DNA of 64,000 nt, from assembly GCA_965248535.1 (NCBI GenBank), contig CBDFJR010000002.1:2336001-2400000 (forward strand), in the 5' to 3' direction. How positions within the stretch are numbered: the first letter of the stretch is position 1; the number at the start of each line of letters is the position of its first letter. Positions 32,545-43,230 of the stretch are shown here, piece by piece. This DNA is from Phormidesmis sp. (GTDB lineage: Bacteria; Cyanobacteriota; Cyanobacteriia; Leptolyngbyales; Leptolyngbyaceae). The notes beneath the pieces were generated by a model. That model was not told the DNA's origin and did no database searches. It worked only from the letters and a program-made list of their open reading frames with translations. Both the position numbers and the translations under genes were made by a program.

Positions 32545-34898
32545 GTTCAAATGGAAGTGATCCGCAATCTCAAAAGCCACCCACTGAGGATTTGAAACGA
32601 TGGGCGAGAGTTCCGCAACCGTCTCAATCATTGGTTACAGAGAGCGAGTTTACGCCAGAAAAAGCAAGACAACCTCGCCCGCTGTCAGGACATCCTGTGA
32701 TTAAAATCGCTCTAGTGAGCGGACTGACGCTGCCGATTTTTGCACTGGCAGGGACGATGATGAATGCGAATCGTCCGACTCCACAGGCTGCTACTTCACC
32801 CAACGTTCCACCTTCTCCAAACGCCACAGATGAAACCTCAGATGCAAAAACGATCGCGGCACAGCGAGAAGCACTAGGACAAACGCAAGCAAATTATGCG
32901 CTAAAAGAACAACAAGATCGGCTTAAACAGCAGCCACCCTTAAGTCAGGAGACACCAAAGGGTCTTCCAACTGTAAAAACACCCGCAAAGCCAGAAACTC
33001 GTAAGGTCGCTCCTGTAGAACCTGTTGCCTCTCCTCAGCCCATCAGTTACACGCCCTCGGCTCCCGTTGTACAGCGCATTCAGTCTCCACCTCGGATATC
33101 TGCACCTGTTCCCATTACGCCGTCGGCTTCTGCATCTCGTGAGTCAGAACAAGACACCTACGATCGCTACATTGCTCTGACACAAATGGGCAGTTATGGA
33201 CAAATAGCGGCTGAGAAGGAAGCAGTTTCCGCCTCGGATTCGGCTGCGGAGCCTGAAATTTCTGTTGAGCCAACCACGATCGAGACATCATCAAATCTTG
33301 CACCATCAGGAGTAGACACTCAAGAAGAAGCTGCAATCTTACAAGAACAGCCTCAGAAAAGTATCCTGGCATCCACAAAAACTGAGGGAATTCTTGCTAC
33401 GCCAATCATTTTGGATGAGAAAACAAAATCTGGTGAAAAAGCGCAGCAGGGACAGTTCACCATTCAAATTACTGCGCCACTCAAGGCTCAAGATAACTCG
33501 ATCGCGCTACCAGAAGGCACTCAACTCATTGCTGAAGTGGATTCGATGTCTGACAGTGGATTGGTGAAATTGAACGTCGAGTCGGCGATCGTCATTCAAG
33601 ACGGACAATCCCTTGAAATTAAAATCCCGCCTGAAGCCATTCAAATCACAGGGCATAGGGGGCAACCGCTGATTGCAAAGTCGTATGGAGATAAAGTGAT
33701 CGCGGCGATGAATAGAAAGATGGCTCTGTTAGGTGCATTGAGTAAAGCCTCAGAACAATTCACTCGCCCAAGTTCTTCAAGCATCATCAGCAATAATTCA
33801 AGTGTTATTTCTAGCGTTCAAAACTCAAACCCTAACTTACTGGCTGGTATTCTTCAAGGGGGATCAGAAGCATTGCTCAATTCAATGACCCAACGGAATC
33901 AACGCGCACTTCAAGAAGCTTCTCAACAGTCCAACATTCGGTTTTTACCCGCTGGAAGCTCTGTTGATATCTACATTAATCAATCTGTGTCTATTCCTGT
34001 AGTTTTAACTACTGCATTAACTCAGCCATCTAATCTGATCCGAGATATTGATCATCCTGATAAAAACGATTTGTCTGAGATTAAACAAGACACTGAGATC
34101 CAATCTTTAAAAAGCAGAATTACTCCTGAAACTACTTCTCCAGCGATACCACCACTTGATCGAACAATAGAGCCAAAATCAGTATCCACCCCTGAATGGT
34201 CAAAGTCCTATGAGACTGAAACATCTTCTGAGCGTCAGTTTAATCGCACTCAGCTTAATCGTCCCAACTGCAACACAAGCAGCCTCACCTGTGAAAATGA
34301 TCACCATCGAGCAAGCACGAGGACGATCAAGCCAGTTACCCACCCTTCTCGCACCCTTCTCGTTTGGATCGGCTCCGGGACAAATCTGAGCTTTATTCCA
34401 ACTGGAGAGACGATCCAACGAGTTTGGCTCGATGATCCCAGTCGGATTACTCTGGATTTTGATGCGCCTCTGTGTCAAGGCGGAGATGGTCGATCGTGCG
34501 GCAAAGCTTCGACATCCGTAATCCATTTGCGGCGAATTCGCCCTTTGAATTGGGCTGGATTGCCGCAAGCCTCTTCTACCCTACTCACGGTGATCACTGA
34601 AGGTTCGGCAGGGCGACAGATTTATCAGTTTCGGGTCGCTTATGGCTCTGGTACTCCGCAATACAGCACGTTGGAAGTTCGAGGAAATAGTGGCGGTTCT
34701 GTTCGCTTAAGTCATGTAGAGCGCGGATTGCAAGTTGCGATCGCGAAAGGATTAGTCAACTCTAACGCTCGAATGATTGCAAAAGTGAATCAATTCTTAA
34801 CGCTCTCACGAACCGGAATGGAAGTCTCAGCAGCCGCCCAAAAAAGTGGAGTGTCGCTAAAGCTGGTGAACAAACTCGCAGAACTTGGAACTCGCTAA
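32541..34898 (+). CDS. TrbI/VirB10-like protein with extra C-terminal domain
   Basis: TM, Pro-rich linker, ALPEGTQLIA and LPAGSSVDIYIN motifs; further domain after about aa 590. Confidence 0.75.
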   Translation: MSSNGSDPQSQKPPTEDLKRWARVPQPSQSLVTESEFTPEKARQPRPLSGHPVIKIALVSGLTLPIFALAGTMMNANRPTPQAATSPNVPPSPNATDETSDAKTIAAQREALGQTQANYALKEQQDRLKQQPPLSQETPKGLPTVKTPAKPETRKVAPVEPVASPQPISYTPSAPVVQRIQSPPRISAPVPITPSASASRESEQDTYDRYIALTQMGSYGQIAAEKEAVSASDSAAEPEISVEPTTIETSSNLAPSGVDTQEEAAILQEQPQKSILASTKTEGILATPIILDEKTKSGEKAQQGQFTIQITAPLKAQDNSIALPEGTQLIAEVDSMSDSGLVKLNVESAIVIQDGQSLEIKIPPEAIQITGHRGQPLIAKSYGDKVIAAMNRKMALLGALSKASEQFTRPSSSSIISNNSSVISSVQNSNPNLLAGILQGGSEALLNSMTQRNQRALQEASQQSNIRFLPAGSSVDIYINQSVSIPVVLTTALTQPSNLIRDIDHPDKNDLSEIKQDTEIQSLKSRITPETTSPAIPPLDRTIEPKSVSTPEWSKSYETETSSERQFNRTQLNRPNCNTSSLTCENDHHRASTRTIKPVTHPSRTLLVWIGSGTNLSFIPTGETIQRVWLDDPSRITLDFDAPLCQGGDGRSCGKASTSVIHLRRIRPLNWAGLPQASSTLLTVITEGSAGRQIYQFRVAYGSGTPQYSTLEVRGNSGGSVRLSHVERGLQVAIAKGLVNSNARMIAKVNQFLTLSRTGMEVSAAAQKSGVSLKLVNKLAELGTR

Positions 34899-34932
34899 TT
34901 CTTTCTTCGCTGAGTTAACTTTTGATCGACTC

Positions 34933-37197
34933 ATGCGCCATAAAACTAAACGTAGAATTCTGGGTTTATTTCTCACTGGACTTTGTTTGATTTTTGGACT
35001 GGGGGTGATAACGATCGCAAGCTTAAACCGAGTGAATGCCCAACAAATACAGCCCAGTAGTTTTGTTCCAACGCAAGCTTATACTCAGGGCAATTTAACG
35101 ACCTCTGTCCCCGACTGGAATCAGGTCACGTTTGCATCGCTCCCACCCATCAATCAAGGTACAGAATTCGTGCTTCCGAATGGGGTATCGGGCGATGACC
35201 TTTCGCGCAGCATTCAAGCGGGCATGACCCCGGACCAGTATCTCAAACTCGGAGATTTTCAAGACAGTTTATATCTGCAAAATCTAACGCTACAAAGAGT
35301 TTCATCCGTTTCTCAAGCTCACTACGATTTATCGCAAGTTGCACTGGAAAGCTTTGATCTGGTTCGAGAGCAGACCCTCGGCAGCATTGTGCAGTCAATT
35401 CCCGGACTCGGTGATTTCTCAATTGAGCAAGTCCCGCCGATCAAAGCTCTACTCAAGCAATCTCAGTTAGAGCTACCCGGAAAAACCGTGAATGGAGTCT
35501 TGCAGTTAAACCCAAACTTGAAGAATTTGAAGCTCGGCTCTATCAACCTAAGCCAATTTAGTATTACTGATATTCCTAGATTGAAGGATGTTCCGCTAGA
35601 GAATTTACAGCACTGGCAGAATAGTTTAATTGCCGATGTTCCGGGTCTGAAAGATACTCCGTTCAGCAAGTTTCCGGCTTCTTTGGTTGCAGCAGGTGCG
35701 ATCGGGGTTGTCGATATTGCTTATGGAGAAAAAGAGAGCGATCGTACCAACACAACTAGCGGCAGCGATGTCCAAGGCTTTCAAGTCCCATGCCAGCAAA
35801 ACTGTGCCTACGCCGAACTCACAGGGGCACAAGCACTTCACGGAAAACAATGGATTTCTGGCAAATACCAAAAAGTGAAAGGGGGACACGGACCCTTGGC
35901 AGCCGTGAATGGTGGACAAGAGCCAGCGGGGAGACATCCTTATGGAGAGGCATTCAAAGTCGTGATTTGGGATGTAGTGGAATCAGAAGGGCGAGTCGAT
36001 ACGGCACTTTTCTTTCGGATCTGTCATCGCGTTCTCGGAGTCGGAAAAACTTGCACACCCTATTTCATCGGACCTATCCCATTCATGAGCTATCACGAAA
36101 GCAATTCTATTCTGGTCGGATTACTCGATAGCAAAGGAGGTGCCACAACCGGGGCTTCGATTCCCCAAGAAGTCTTGGAAAAAGCGAAAGCCGCAGGGGT
36201 GTCGTTGTCAGATGGAGAGCCTAATTTTTCGGATAGTTCGCTGTGCGGAACTGGGCTTGGAGGCGTGGATTTAGGGGCGTTGGCAGGCGGCATCAGCGGT
36301 ATTGAAGGCGGTTACAGTTCCGCAGGCTATTACGACCCAGAAGCAGGCGGAAGAGGATTAGGACGCTATCAGTACATGACATTTCGCAGTGACACTCGAT
36401 CGCTGATTTCTAAACATCCAGGTGGTGCTGATTTTCTCCGTCGAGCCGACATTAATGATAATTCGTCCGCATATCGAGCCGCGTTAGAACGAGAATTACC
36501 TACCTATTTCACTCAAGCGGATCAAGATGCGCTGTTCAAACAAGACCAAACGAATAACATCCGGGTTGCAATGCGACAAATTGATCCGACGACAGGACAA
36601 CCATTTGCAGGAACGCGCTTAATTGAGCGGTTGGGTCAAATTCACTTTGGTGGGGCAAACTCCACGATCGACGGCAGCAGTTCAGATATTCACGGTCGCC
36701 TCAGCCTCTACAACTACGGAAAAGAACTCGCTCAAAATTATCAAACTGCCTTCAAGAGAAGCGGTAAAGCCCCTTGTGCGGAAGATGGGAAAGCCACGGG
36801 CAAGATGATCTACCCCGAAGGAGCCAACGCGCCCATTCCAGAAGGCGGGTATTTTGGAGCCGATCGAGGCGATCATTCTCACGCAGGTCTTGACTTCTCT
36901 GTGCCAATGGGAACACCGATCAAAGCCGCAGATGGGGGAACTGTCGAGTTCGCCGATCGGACTGATCCCGATGGCTATGGAACACTGATTATCATCAATC
37001 ATGGCAATGGACTGAAAACCTACTACGGACATCCCAGTCGCATCCACGTCAAGGCAGGTCAGAAGGTCTCTCAAGGACAAGTCATTGCAGGAGTCGGCGC
37101 AGAAGGTGATTCAACAGGTGCTCACCTTCATTTTGAAGTTCGGCGCAATGGAACCCCGGTTGATCCGATGCCATATTTACAGCGAGGGAACCGTTGA
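34933..37197 (+). CDS. Cell-wall hydrolase with C-terminal M23 peptidase
   Basis: HAGLD, YYGH and HLH zinc motifs; central IEGGY...GRYQY lysozyme-like segment. Confidence 0.88.
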   Translation: MRHKTKRRILGLFLTGLCLIFGLGVITIASLNRVNAQQIQPSSFVPTQAYTQGNLTTSVPDWNQVTFASLPPINQGTEFVLPNGVSGDDLSRSIQAGMTPDQYLKLGDFQDSLYLQNLTLQRVSSVSQAHYDLSQVALESFDLVREQTLGSIVQSIPGLGDFSIEQVPPIKALLKQSQLELPGKTVNGVLQLNPNLKNLKLGSINLSQFSITDIPRLKDVPLENLQHWQNSLIADVPGLKDTPFSKFPASLVAAGAIGVVDIAYGEKESDRTNTTSGSDVQGFQVPCQQNCAYAELTGAQALHGKQWISGKYQKVKGGHGPLAAVNGGQEPAGRHPYGEAFKVVIWDVVESEGRVDTALFFRICHRVLGVGKTCTPYFIGPIPFMSYHESNSILVGLLDSKGGATTGASIPQEVLEKAKAAGVSLSDGEPNFSDSSLCGTGLGGVDLGALAGGISGIEGGYSSAGYYDPEAGGRGLGRYQYMTFRSDTRSLISKHPGGADFLRRADINDNSSAYRAALERELPTYFTQADQDALFKQDQTNNIRVAMRQIDPTTGQPFAGTRLIERLGQIHFGGANSTIDGSSSDIHGRLSLYNYGKELAQNYQTAFKRSGKAPCAEDGKATGKMIYPEGANAPIPEGGYFGADRGDHSHAGLDFSVPMGTPIKAADGGTVEFADRTDPDGYGTLIIINHGNGLKTYYGHPSRIHVKAGQKVSQGQVIAGVGAEGDSTGAHLHFEVRRNGTPVDPMPYLQRGNR

Positions 37198-37790
37198 TGA
37201 ACAATCGTCACTGGCTACTGCTCGGACTGTTTTTAGCGATCGCACTTCTGGTTGTTCTCACAAAGCCTTTGGCGACCTCGTTCTACAACACGATTAATTT
37301 TTTGGATGCACACGCGATCGAGATGGGAACCAAACCACAACCCGTTCGTGGCGCGAAAATTTCATCTCAAGTGTTGACCTGTGTTCCAAACGAGGGAGCA
37401 AAGTACGAATTGCTGGGAACCCTTCGAGATCGTGACACCACGTATCATCTTCTCTCGATTTACGAGTATGCCGATGAAGATCCAAAAGAACGATGGGATG
37501 TGCTGATTCAGCACGATCAGGCAGGGTGCTTACTGCTCCATCATCTCGGTTCCGGGCTAAAGCCGTTGAGTGCTTATATGCCCTTAGAAATTGCTCAACA
37601 GCTTGAGCTTCAGCGTTATCAGCATTGGATTGAAAAAGCAGGCGGAACAGAGAAATTTCAGAGCGTGTTTAGCAGCCAGTTCTCTGATTCGGGTGTGCCT
37701 CGTTATCTCTCAGCAGAGCAAGTCTGGGCTTTGACGCAGTTGAACATTCAGCTTCCGCAAACTTACAAAATTCTCAACTCTAACCCTTAA
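37194..37790 (+). CDS. Hypothetical exported protein
   Basis: N-terminal hydrophobic helix; operonic. Confidence 0.7.
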   Translation: MMNNRHWLLLGLFLAIALLVVLTKPLATSFYNTINFLDAHAIEMGTKPQPVRGAKISSQVLTCVPNEGAKYELLGTLRDRDTTYHLLSIYEYADEDPKERWDVLIQHDQAGCLLLHHLGSGLKPLSAYMPLEIAQQLELQRYQHWIEKAGGTEKFQSVFSSQFSDSGVPRYLSAEQVWALTQLNIQLPQTYKILNSNP

Positions 37791-37804
37791 TTTAGTTAAA
37801 CCTT

Positions 37805-38350
37805 ATGTATCAGAAGTTTCGATATCTTCGTATTCATACTTTGGCATTCACAGCATTGTTTTTAATTTGTGCTTGTAATCCCGCGATCGCTGAAAGCAAA
37901 AGCCAGTGGACTTATTTATCACAAGCTAACCTGCCTAGCTTGCAGAAACAGTTACAGCAAAAATACACTAACAATGCTATTCCCATAGACGTGGGAAGAA
38001 TGCGAGTTTTGGCGATCGAACAGAACAATAAATCTCTCTACTTGATTGATACTCGTGTTTCTCTGGAGCCAAATCGAAGGCAATTGAACCCAACGTGTGG
38101 AGCAGCGGGATGCTCGATCATGGGCTATCTCCAAACCGGAAAGAGCTACCAAGAGGTTCTATCCATTTACCTCGATCCTGTTCCACCTCCAGGAAAATCA
38201 CTCATTGAGCCAACAGCAACCCTTCAAAACGGGCTTCCCTGCTTGAACTTCAATCAGCGCAAAATTAAAACCAGGCAAACCGAAGTTGTGCAGTGGTGTT
38301 ACGACGGACAACGCTACCAATTCGTAAATTCAACTCTCCAGCAGCAATGA
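37805..38350 (+). CDS. Hypothetical exported protein / lipoprotein
   Basis: Signal peptide with Cys; CGAAGC motif. Confidence 0.7.
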   Translation: MYQKFRYLRIHTLAFTALFLICACNPAIAESKSQWTYLSQANLPSLQKQLQQKYTNNAIPIDVGRMRVLAIEQNNKSLYLIDTRVSLEPNRRQLNPTCGAAGCSIMGYLQTGKSYQEVLSIYLDPVPPPGKSLIEPTATLQNGLPCLNFNQRKIKTRQTEVVQWCYDGQRYQFVNSTLQQQ

Positions 38351-40218
38351 GCAAACCTCCCCAAACTGTTCAATCTGGTTCCCATCCACTTCAAGATTTG
38401 AGCAACAGCACGACCGGGCTACTCAAATCTGAAGTGGGGTTGATGCTGCTGGTGTGTGCGGCGTTTCTGGTTTTCATGTCGATATTTGATGGTCAAAATA
38501 AAGGCAAGCTGGCACAAGGGCGATTTGGTGGACGTTGGGAGAAATGGTCAGCCGTGCGCCTAGCGAATCGACAAATTCGAGAGCAGGCGCATAATCAAGT
38601 AACGCTCTGGGCTGGAACGCCGAGAGAACTACGCATCGAAGCACCCAGGTTAAGACGATTTTGGGCAGAAACTAGGACGCTACTTTTAGACTCGCCACCC
38701 ACCCTGCATCTTGCTCATGCTCAACAAGGCATCATCGTTTGTGGTGCGCCAAACGCTGGTAAAACTTACAGCGTTATTGATCCGTGTATTCGCGCTGCCG
38801 TTCATCAAGGTATTCCCTGTGTCATTTACGATTACAAGGACGATCAGCTTAAAGCTCATGCAGCTTACGCCGCTGCTCAAGGCTATGAGGTAGCTGTATT
38901 TGCTCCAGGCTATGCCTACAGCAGCGTGATCAACCCACTGGATTTTCTCAGGGACGATGGCGATTCATTGATGGCGCGGCAGTTAGCGATTACGATTAAC
39001 CGCAACGCGCAACGCTTCTCTGGTGGAAAAGAAGACCCATTTTTTGCAGAAGCAGGCGAAAAACTTGTGGAAGGGTGCTTTCTGTTAGCAAAAAGTACAC
39101 CGTATCCCGATATGGTGATGGCATATTCGATTCTTGGGTTGTCAAAGTTAGAAGCACGACTGCAATTTGCCAAAGAGCAAGGGCGATTAGATGAGTTTAT
39201 CGAGGCGAGTTTCCAGCAGTTGTTGCAGTCGGCGGAATCTGAAAAAACGGTGGCTGGAATTCTAGCCACGGCTGAACGCGCGATCGGGTCTTTTGTCCGT
39301 CGTGATTTGCTTCCTAGCTTTCTGGGCAAATCCAGCATCTCGCTCGATATGCAGGGCAAGCAAATGCTGTTTCTACAAGTGGATTTACAGAAGCAGGATG
39401 TCGTCGCACCTCTGATCGCCGCAGTGTTGCATCTTGTGATCATGCACAATTTCTCAGGCATTCGGAAAAAACCGTTATTAGTTTCCCTTGATGAAGTTCG
39501 GACCGTTTATCTTCCCGATCTGCCCAAGTGGGTGAATGCGTTTCGCTCCTTTGGGTTTGTTCCACTGATTGGCTATCAAAACTTTGCCCAAATTCAGGAG
39601 ATTTATGGGCGTGATGCCTCAAAAGCGTTGTTTGCGGGGTGTGGAACAAAGGTGTTTTTCAATCCCAGAGATGAAGAAACGGCGCGAATGGTTTCTCACT
39701 ATCTGGGTGAGGAAGAAGTCTTGTTAAAAACACGATCGCGCAGCTACGGACGCAACGGTAGTTCGAGTCAATCTGAACAGTACCACAAACGCCCACTGCT
39801 GACGGTTGAACAACTTCTCAAGTTTGATCAGGGTGAATGTGTCGTGGTCAATCCTGGCTACAAAGGCTCTGGAGAAGCTTCCGTTCCACTGCGGACTAAA
39901 ATCAAGCTTCCAAAACAGGACGATGTGACTCAGCGAAGAAGTGAGGAACTCTGGAAGCTCGTACAACAAAGATTAGAGAAACGAACATCTAGTCATAGTC
40001 AAGATCATCAAGCACTGCGTGAAGCGCTACAGATTCGTCGAGCAATGGCAGAACGGCTATTTCCATTGCCGTTTAAGGAAACAGAGGATGAGTTTGATAC
40101 GGATACTTCGCCAGAACCTAGTTTCGACTCAAGAACAGATCCGCCAAACGTTAACGTTCCCGCACCTATCAACATTTCTACTCCTGTGATCACAGATGAT
40201 CTCAAGGAGTTTGTCTAA
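38347..40218 (+). CDS. Type IV coupling protein (VirD4/TraD-like)
   Basis: GAPNAGKT, YDYK, INPLD, SLDE, QNFAQIQEIYG. Confidence 0.9.
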   Translation: MSKPPQTVQSGSHPLQDLSNSTTGLLKSEVGLMLLVCAAFLVFMSIFDGQNKGKLAQGRFGGRWEKWSAVRLANRQIREQAHNQVTLWAGTPRELRIEAPRLRRFWAETRTLLLDSPPTLHLAHAQQGIIVCGAPNAGKTYSVIDPCIRAAVHQGIPCVIYDYKDDQLKAHAAYAAAQGYEVAVFAPGYAYSSVINPLDFLRDDGDSLMARQLAITINRNAQRFSGGKEDPFFAEAGEKLVEGCFLLAKSTPYPDMVMAYSILGLSKLEARLQFAKEQGRLDEFIEASFQQLLQSAESEKTVAGILATAERAIGSFVRRDLLPSFLGKSSISLDMQGKQMLFLQVDLQKQDVVAPLIAAVLHLVIMHNFSGIRKKPLLVSLDEVRTVYLPDLPKWVNAFRSFGFVPLIGYQNFAQIQEIYGRDASKALFAGCGTKVFFNPRDEETARMVSHYLGEEEVLLKTRSRSYGRNGSSSQSEQYHKRPLLTVEQLLKFDQGECVVVNPGYKGSGEASVPLRTKIKLPKQDDVTQRRSEELWKLVQQRLEKRTSSHSQDHQALREALQIRRAMAERLFPLPFKETEDEFDTDTSPEPSFDSRTDPPNVNVPAPINISTPVITDDLKEFV

Positions 40219-40243
40219 CTGTTGTATTTAGAGTCATAAATCT

Positions 40244-40657
40244 ATGTCACAAATTTTGCTTACGCCTCAACAAACCGAGTTGTTATTGAGAACTTGGGAA
40301 TTGTCCGAGTCTGCGATCGCCGTCCTCATTCACGAACCCGAACTCGTAGTGCATTTAGAAGAGATGCGATCGCGCCCTCCATTTCCACCAGGCTACGTGC
40401 CCGATGTCATTGAGGAATTATTCGATGACCTTCCGTATCGCCGTTGGGAATTGGGTCGTTCGCGACCAATCTATGAGCGTCAATGTTCCCCAGATTATGA
40501 GCCACCGTTCGTAGAGTACAGCTTTGACAATGAGACGGCATTGTTTCATGTGCAGGGAGAAATCATCGTGAATCGTGTCGCGGCGATCACTGCGTGGAGC
40601 GAAGCTAGCGTGGATTATGCAAACCGTTTAGATTGGCTAACGCCACAGGAGATCTAA
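40244..40657 (+). CDS. Hypothetical protein
   Basis: Clean ORF in the operon. Confidence 0.65.
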   Translation: MSQILLTPQQTELLLRTWELSESAIAVLIHEPELVVHLEEMRSRPPFPPGYVPDVIEELFDDLPYRRWELGRSRPIYERQCSPDYEPPFVEYSFDNETALFHVQGEIIVNRVAAITAWSEASVDYANRLDWLTPQEI

Positions 40658-40658
40658 A

Positions 40659-42335
40659 ATGATTCATTCAACTGTGAGTCCGAGTGATGCAGATGCTGCT
40701 CAACGTCAAGTCGATCAACTGTTCAGCATTCTGCAACAAATGCTCCAGGACACGATGCAATGGCTTGCCGCTCGAAGTCAGCAACCACTTAAGCAAGAGG
40801 GCGTATTGCGGATTTGGATGGGAAATGGAAAAGACAATCGCATCCTACGCCAAGTTTACGGTCCGATGGCGAATGGCAAAAATCGTAATGACCTCACGCC
40901 TGAACGATTACGATCGCTGCTCAATGCCCTTCAAGAACCCGTGACTGAAGGGGCTGACCTGGCTCGATATGCTAAACGGAACCCTGCGATCGAGATCAAA
41001 ATCGACGATGTAACCCTATTTCGTCAGGAACGGGATGGCGTTGTTACGGTCAATCAGATCCAGCAACAGATTCAGAATGCGCCGACTCAATTACAACCCT
41101 CACCCCCACAAGTAGAGCCGTCTGAAGTCTCAGATCAACCGTTGCCGTCCTCCGAACAAGTGCAGCAAATCGCTCATGTTGCTCGACAGCTCATGAATCC
41201 CTTGGGCGAATCAGAGTCTCCATTGCTGACGAAGGCTGGATTCGGCGACTTCACCTTGGAGTATGACGTAGAAACCGATGTGTCGACGATTTCTAAAGGA
41301 CAGCAAGCGATCGTGCGGGATCACGCCGGACAACTTGAGAACTTAGGGGTGATGGTGGCAGATTCAGAAGTCTTCCGATCGCTGGGTGAACGAATGCTGA
41401 GAACGTCCGCTATTCAGCCATCAGAGCGTAAACAACAAGAAGATATTCAAGATCGATCAGGTCGGCAAATACTAGAAGTAGTTCCAAGATCACAAAACAC
41501 ATCATCTTCTGAGATCGCTAGAGTAGCAGACCGACAAATTGCACAACTTCCAAATCAACAACTTCGGCAATTCCTCCAGCGAATGGTTCAAGGAACGGCA
41601 ACCTGGCTCAATCAGGCGTTGTATGATTGGCAGCTTAAGACGATCGCGCATACGGCACTGCAAGCCTTTCAGCGAGGCTACGATCGCACCGCCGAGGAAT
41701 CCTATCGAGTTGGAGAATTTACCGTCAGTCGGCAACCAGAGAATCAGTTTGAAATCAGCGATCGGGCGGGTGCCGTGATGCAATTTCAAACGGCATCCGG
41801 CAGAGTTAAGCCGATATCCATTGGCAATTCGCTTCGAGAAGTTTCAGGCGATCGCACCACCCAACCTTTCATCCACAACGCGATCGTTCAGCTTTCTTCC
41901 AATGTGCCGCAAGGACTACCTGAAGCGGATTTCGCCTTCCGGGTGAGTGAAGCAGAACAAACGATTCGAGATTTTTTAGCATACACGAAGACTTCGGTGT
42001 GGGACTACGATCGAGGCAAATTTCGACTCGAAATGGTGAATAACCAAGTGCTAATCACCTCAAAACAGGATGGACGCGGACAAATTCATGGAGCCGCAAA
42101 AGTCATGCAGAAAAACAACCGAGAGAAATTGGTTCCGCAACCGACTCGACTCACCTGGAAAGACCTGGAACATATCAATCACATTCGAGACAGATTGAGA
42201 GTCAGGATTGAAGCTGACCAAGCCCAAAGCCCGACAAAGCACCCTGTCCCCATTCAACCCACGTCCCAGAAACCCAAACCGCGTCAAGTTTCACAACCAT
42301 CCCGATGGCAGCCCAAACGAGTTGAGCTAGAGTAA
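40659..42335 (+). CDS. Hypothetical element-borne protein (558 aa)
   Basis: Long ORF ending in a basic tail ...PKRVELE. Confidence 0.75.
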   Translation: MIHSTVSPSDADAAQRQVDQLFSILQQMLQDTMQWLAARSQQPLKQEGVLRIWMGNGKDNRILRQVYGPMANGKNRNDLTPERLRSLLNALQEPVTEGADLARYAKRNPAIEIKIDDVTLFRQERDGVVTVNQIQQQIQNAPTQLQPSPPQVEPSEVSDQPLPSSEQVQQIAHVARQLMNPLGESESPLLTKAGFGDFTLEYDVETDVSTISKGQQAIVRDHAGQLENLGVMVADSEVFRSLGERMLRTSAIQPSERKQQEDIQDRSGRQILEVVPRSQNTSSSEIARVADRQIAQLPNQQLRQFLQRMVQGTATWLNQALYDWQLKTIAHTALQAFQRGYDRTAEESYRVGEFTVSRQPENQFEISDRAGAVMQFQTASGRVKPISIGNSLREVSGDRTTQPFIHNAIVQLSSNVPQGLPEADFAFRVSEAEQTIRDFLAYTKTSVWDYDRGKFRLEMVNNQVLITSKQDGRGQIHGAAKVMQKNNREKLVPQPTRLTWKDLEHINHIRDRLRVRIEADQAQSPTKHPVPIQPTSQKPKPRQVSQPSRWQPKRVELE

Positions 42336-42364
42336 CACTGAAGCAGTGAACGGAGGGATTTCCG

Positions 42365-42829
42365 ATGGCACGCTGGGAGTTTGAGCAATGGCACGCGGCA
42401 CAGGCTGCAAGAGAGATGGCGAGAAATCCCTTTCCGCTATTGATTGTCGGGATTTTGGCTACAATCTTTTCGGCTGCACCAATGGGGAACCGGGAACAAA
42501 CGCCGACTCCAGAGGAATATGTGAATCGTGCTGAATCCTGTCAGGTGGGTCTAACGTGCGATGGGGCACTGAATGATGTCCAGCAAGCGATCGAGCTTGA
42601 TCCAAAATTGGCACGAGCTTACGTGATTCGAGCCAGTTGGACATTAAAGCGACACGGTTTAGTTCAGTCTGCTCTGCAAGATTATCGAAAAGCCCGATCG
42701 CTCTATCAGGAACAACAGCAGGATTTTGAAGCGGGTGAAATCAGCCGTCGGGCAATCTCGCAACTTGAGCGAGGAGAAGCCCTCGCCTGCTTACCCACGA
42801 ATCCGATAAAACCCTTTGATTGTCTGTAG
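42365..42829 (+). CDS. TPR-containing membrane-anchored protein
   Basis: ALNDVQQAIELDPKLARAYVIRA; GGAGG RBS. Confidence 0.75.
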   Translation: MARWEFEQWHAAQAAREMARNPFPLLIVGILATIFSAAPMGNREQTPTPEEYVNRAESCQVGLTCDGALNDVQQAIELDPKLARAYVIRASWTLKRHGLVQSALQDYRKARSLYQEQQQDFEAGEISRRAISQLERGEALACLPTNPIKPFDCL

Positions 42830-42879
42830 AAATCGCTGGTTTGGATCATTTCTATTGGCAGAGCGAGATCGCACCGACT

Positions 42880-43095
42880 TCATCTCGATCGCTTGTTGTT
42901 AGTGAGTGTGTTAATGAGAGTAGCGATCGCACGAATTAAACCTGCCGTAGCGTTGATGGGCTTTTCGGTAGTGCCGAGAAATAGAGTCAGGACGAGCACC
43001 CAGGAGAGCGGATTGGTTGGGTCAATCGGAATCTGGGGCAAAGTCGTGGGGAGTTGAGGCTCGATCGATTGAATGGGTTGGTGGGAGTTTGACAT
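42880..43095 (-). CDS. Small membrane protein (71 aa), divergent from the CHAT-TPR gene
   Basis: ATG at 43095; PLSWVLVLTLFLG hydrophobic helix then an amphipathic helix. Confidence 0.55.
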   Translation of the reverse strand: MSNSHQPIQSIEPQLPTTLPQIPIDPTNPLSWVLVLTLFLGTTEKPINATAGLIRAIATLINTLTNNKRSR

Positions 43096-43230
43096 GATTG
43101 AGAACCTTTTGAATTTCGACACTTCAAGGCTATGAGGACTGAGCGCGACAAAAAATACCCAACTGATCGAAGGTTTGTGGATTATGGTAGAAACTACGTA
43201 GAAGATTGATACTTGTGAGACAGTGTGCTT

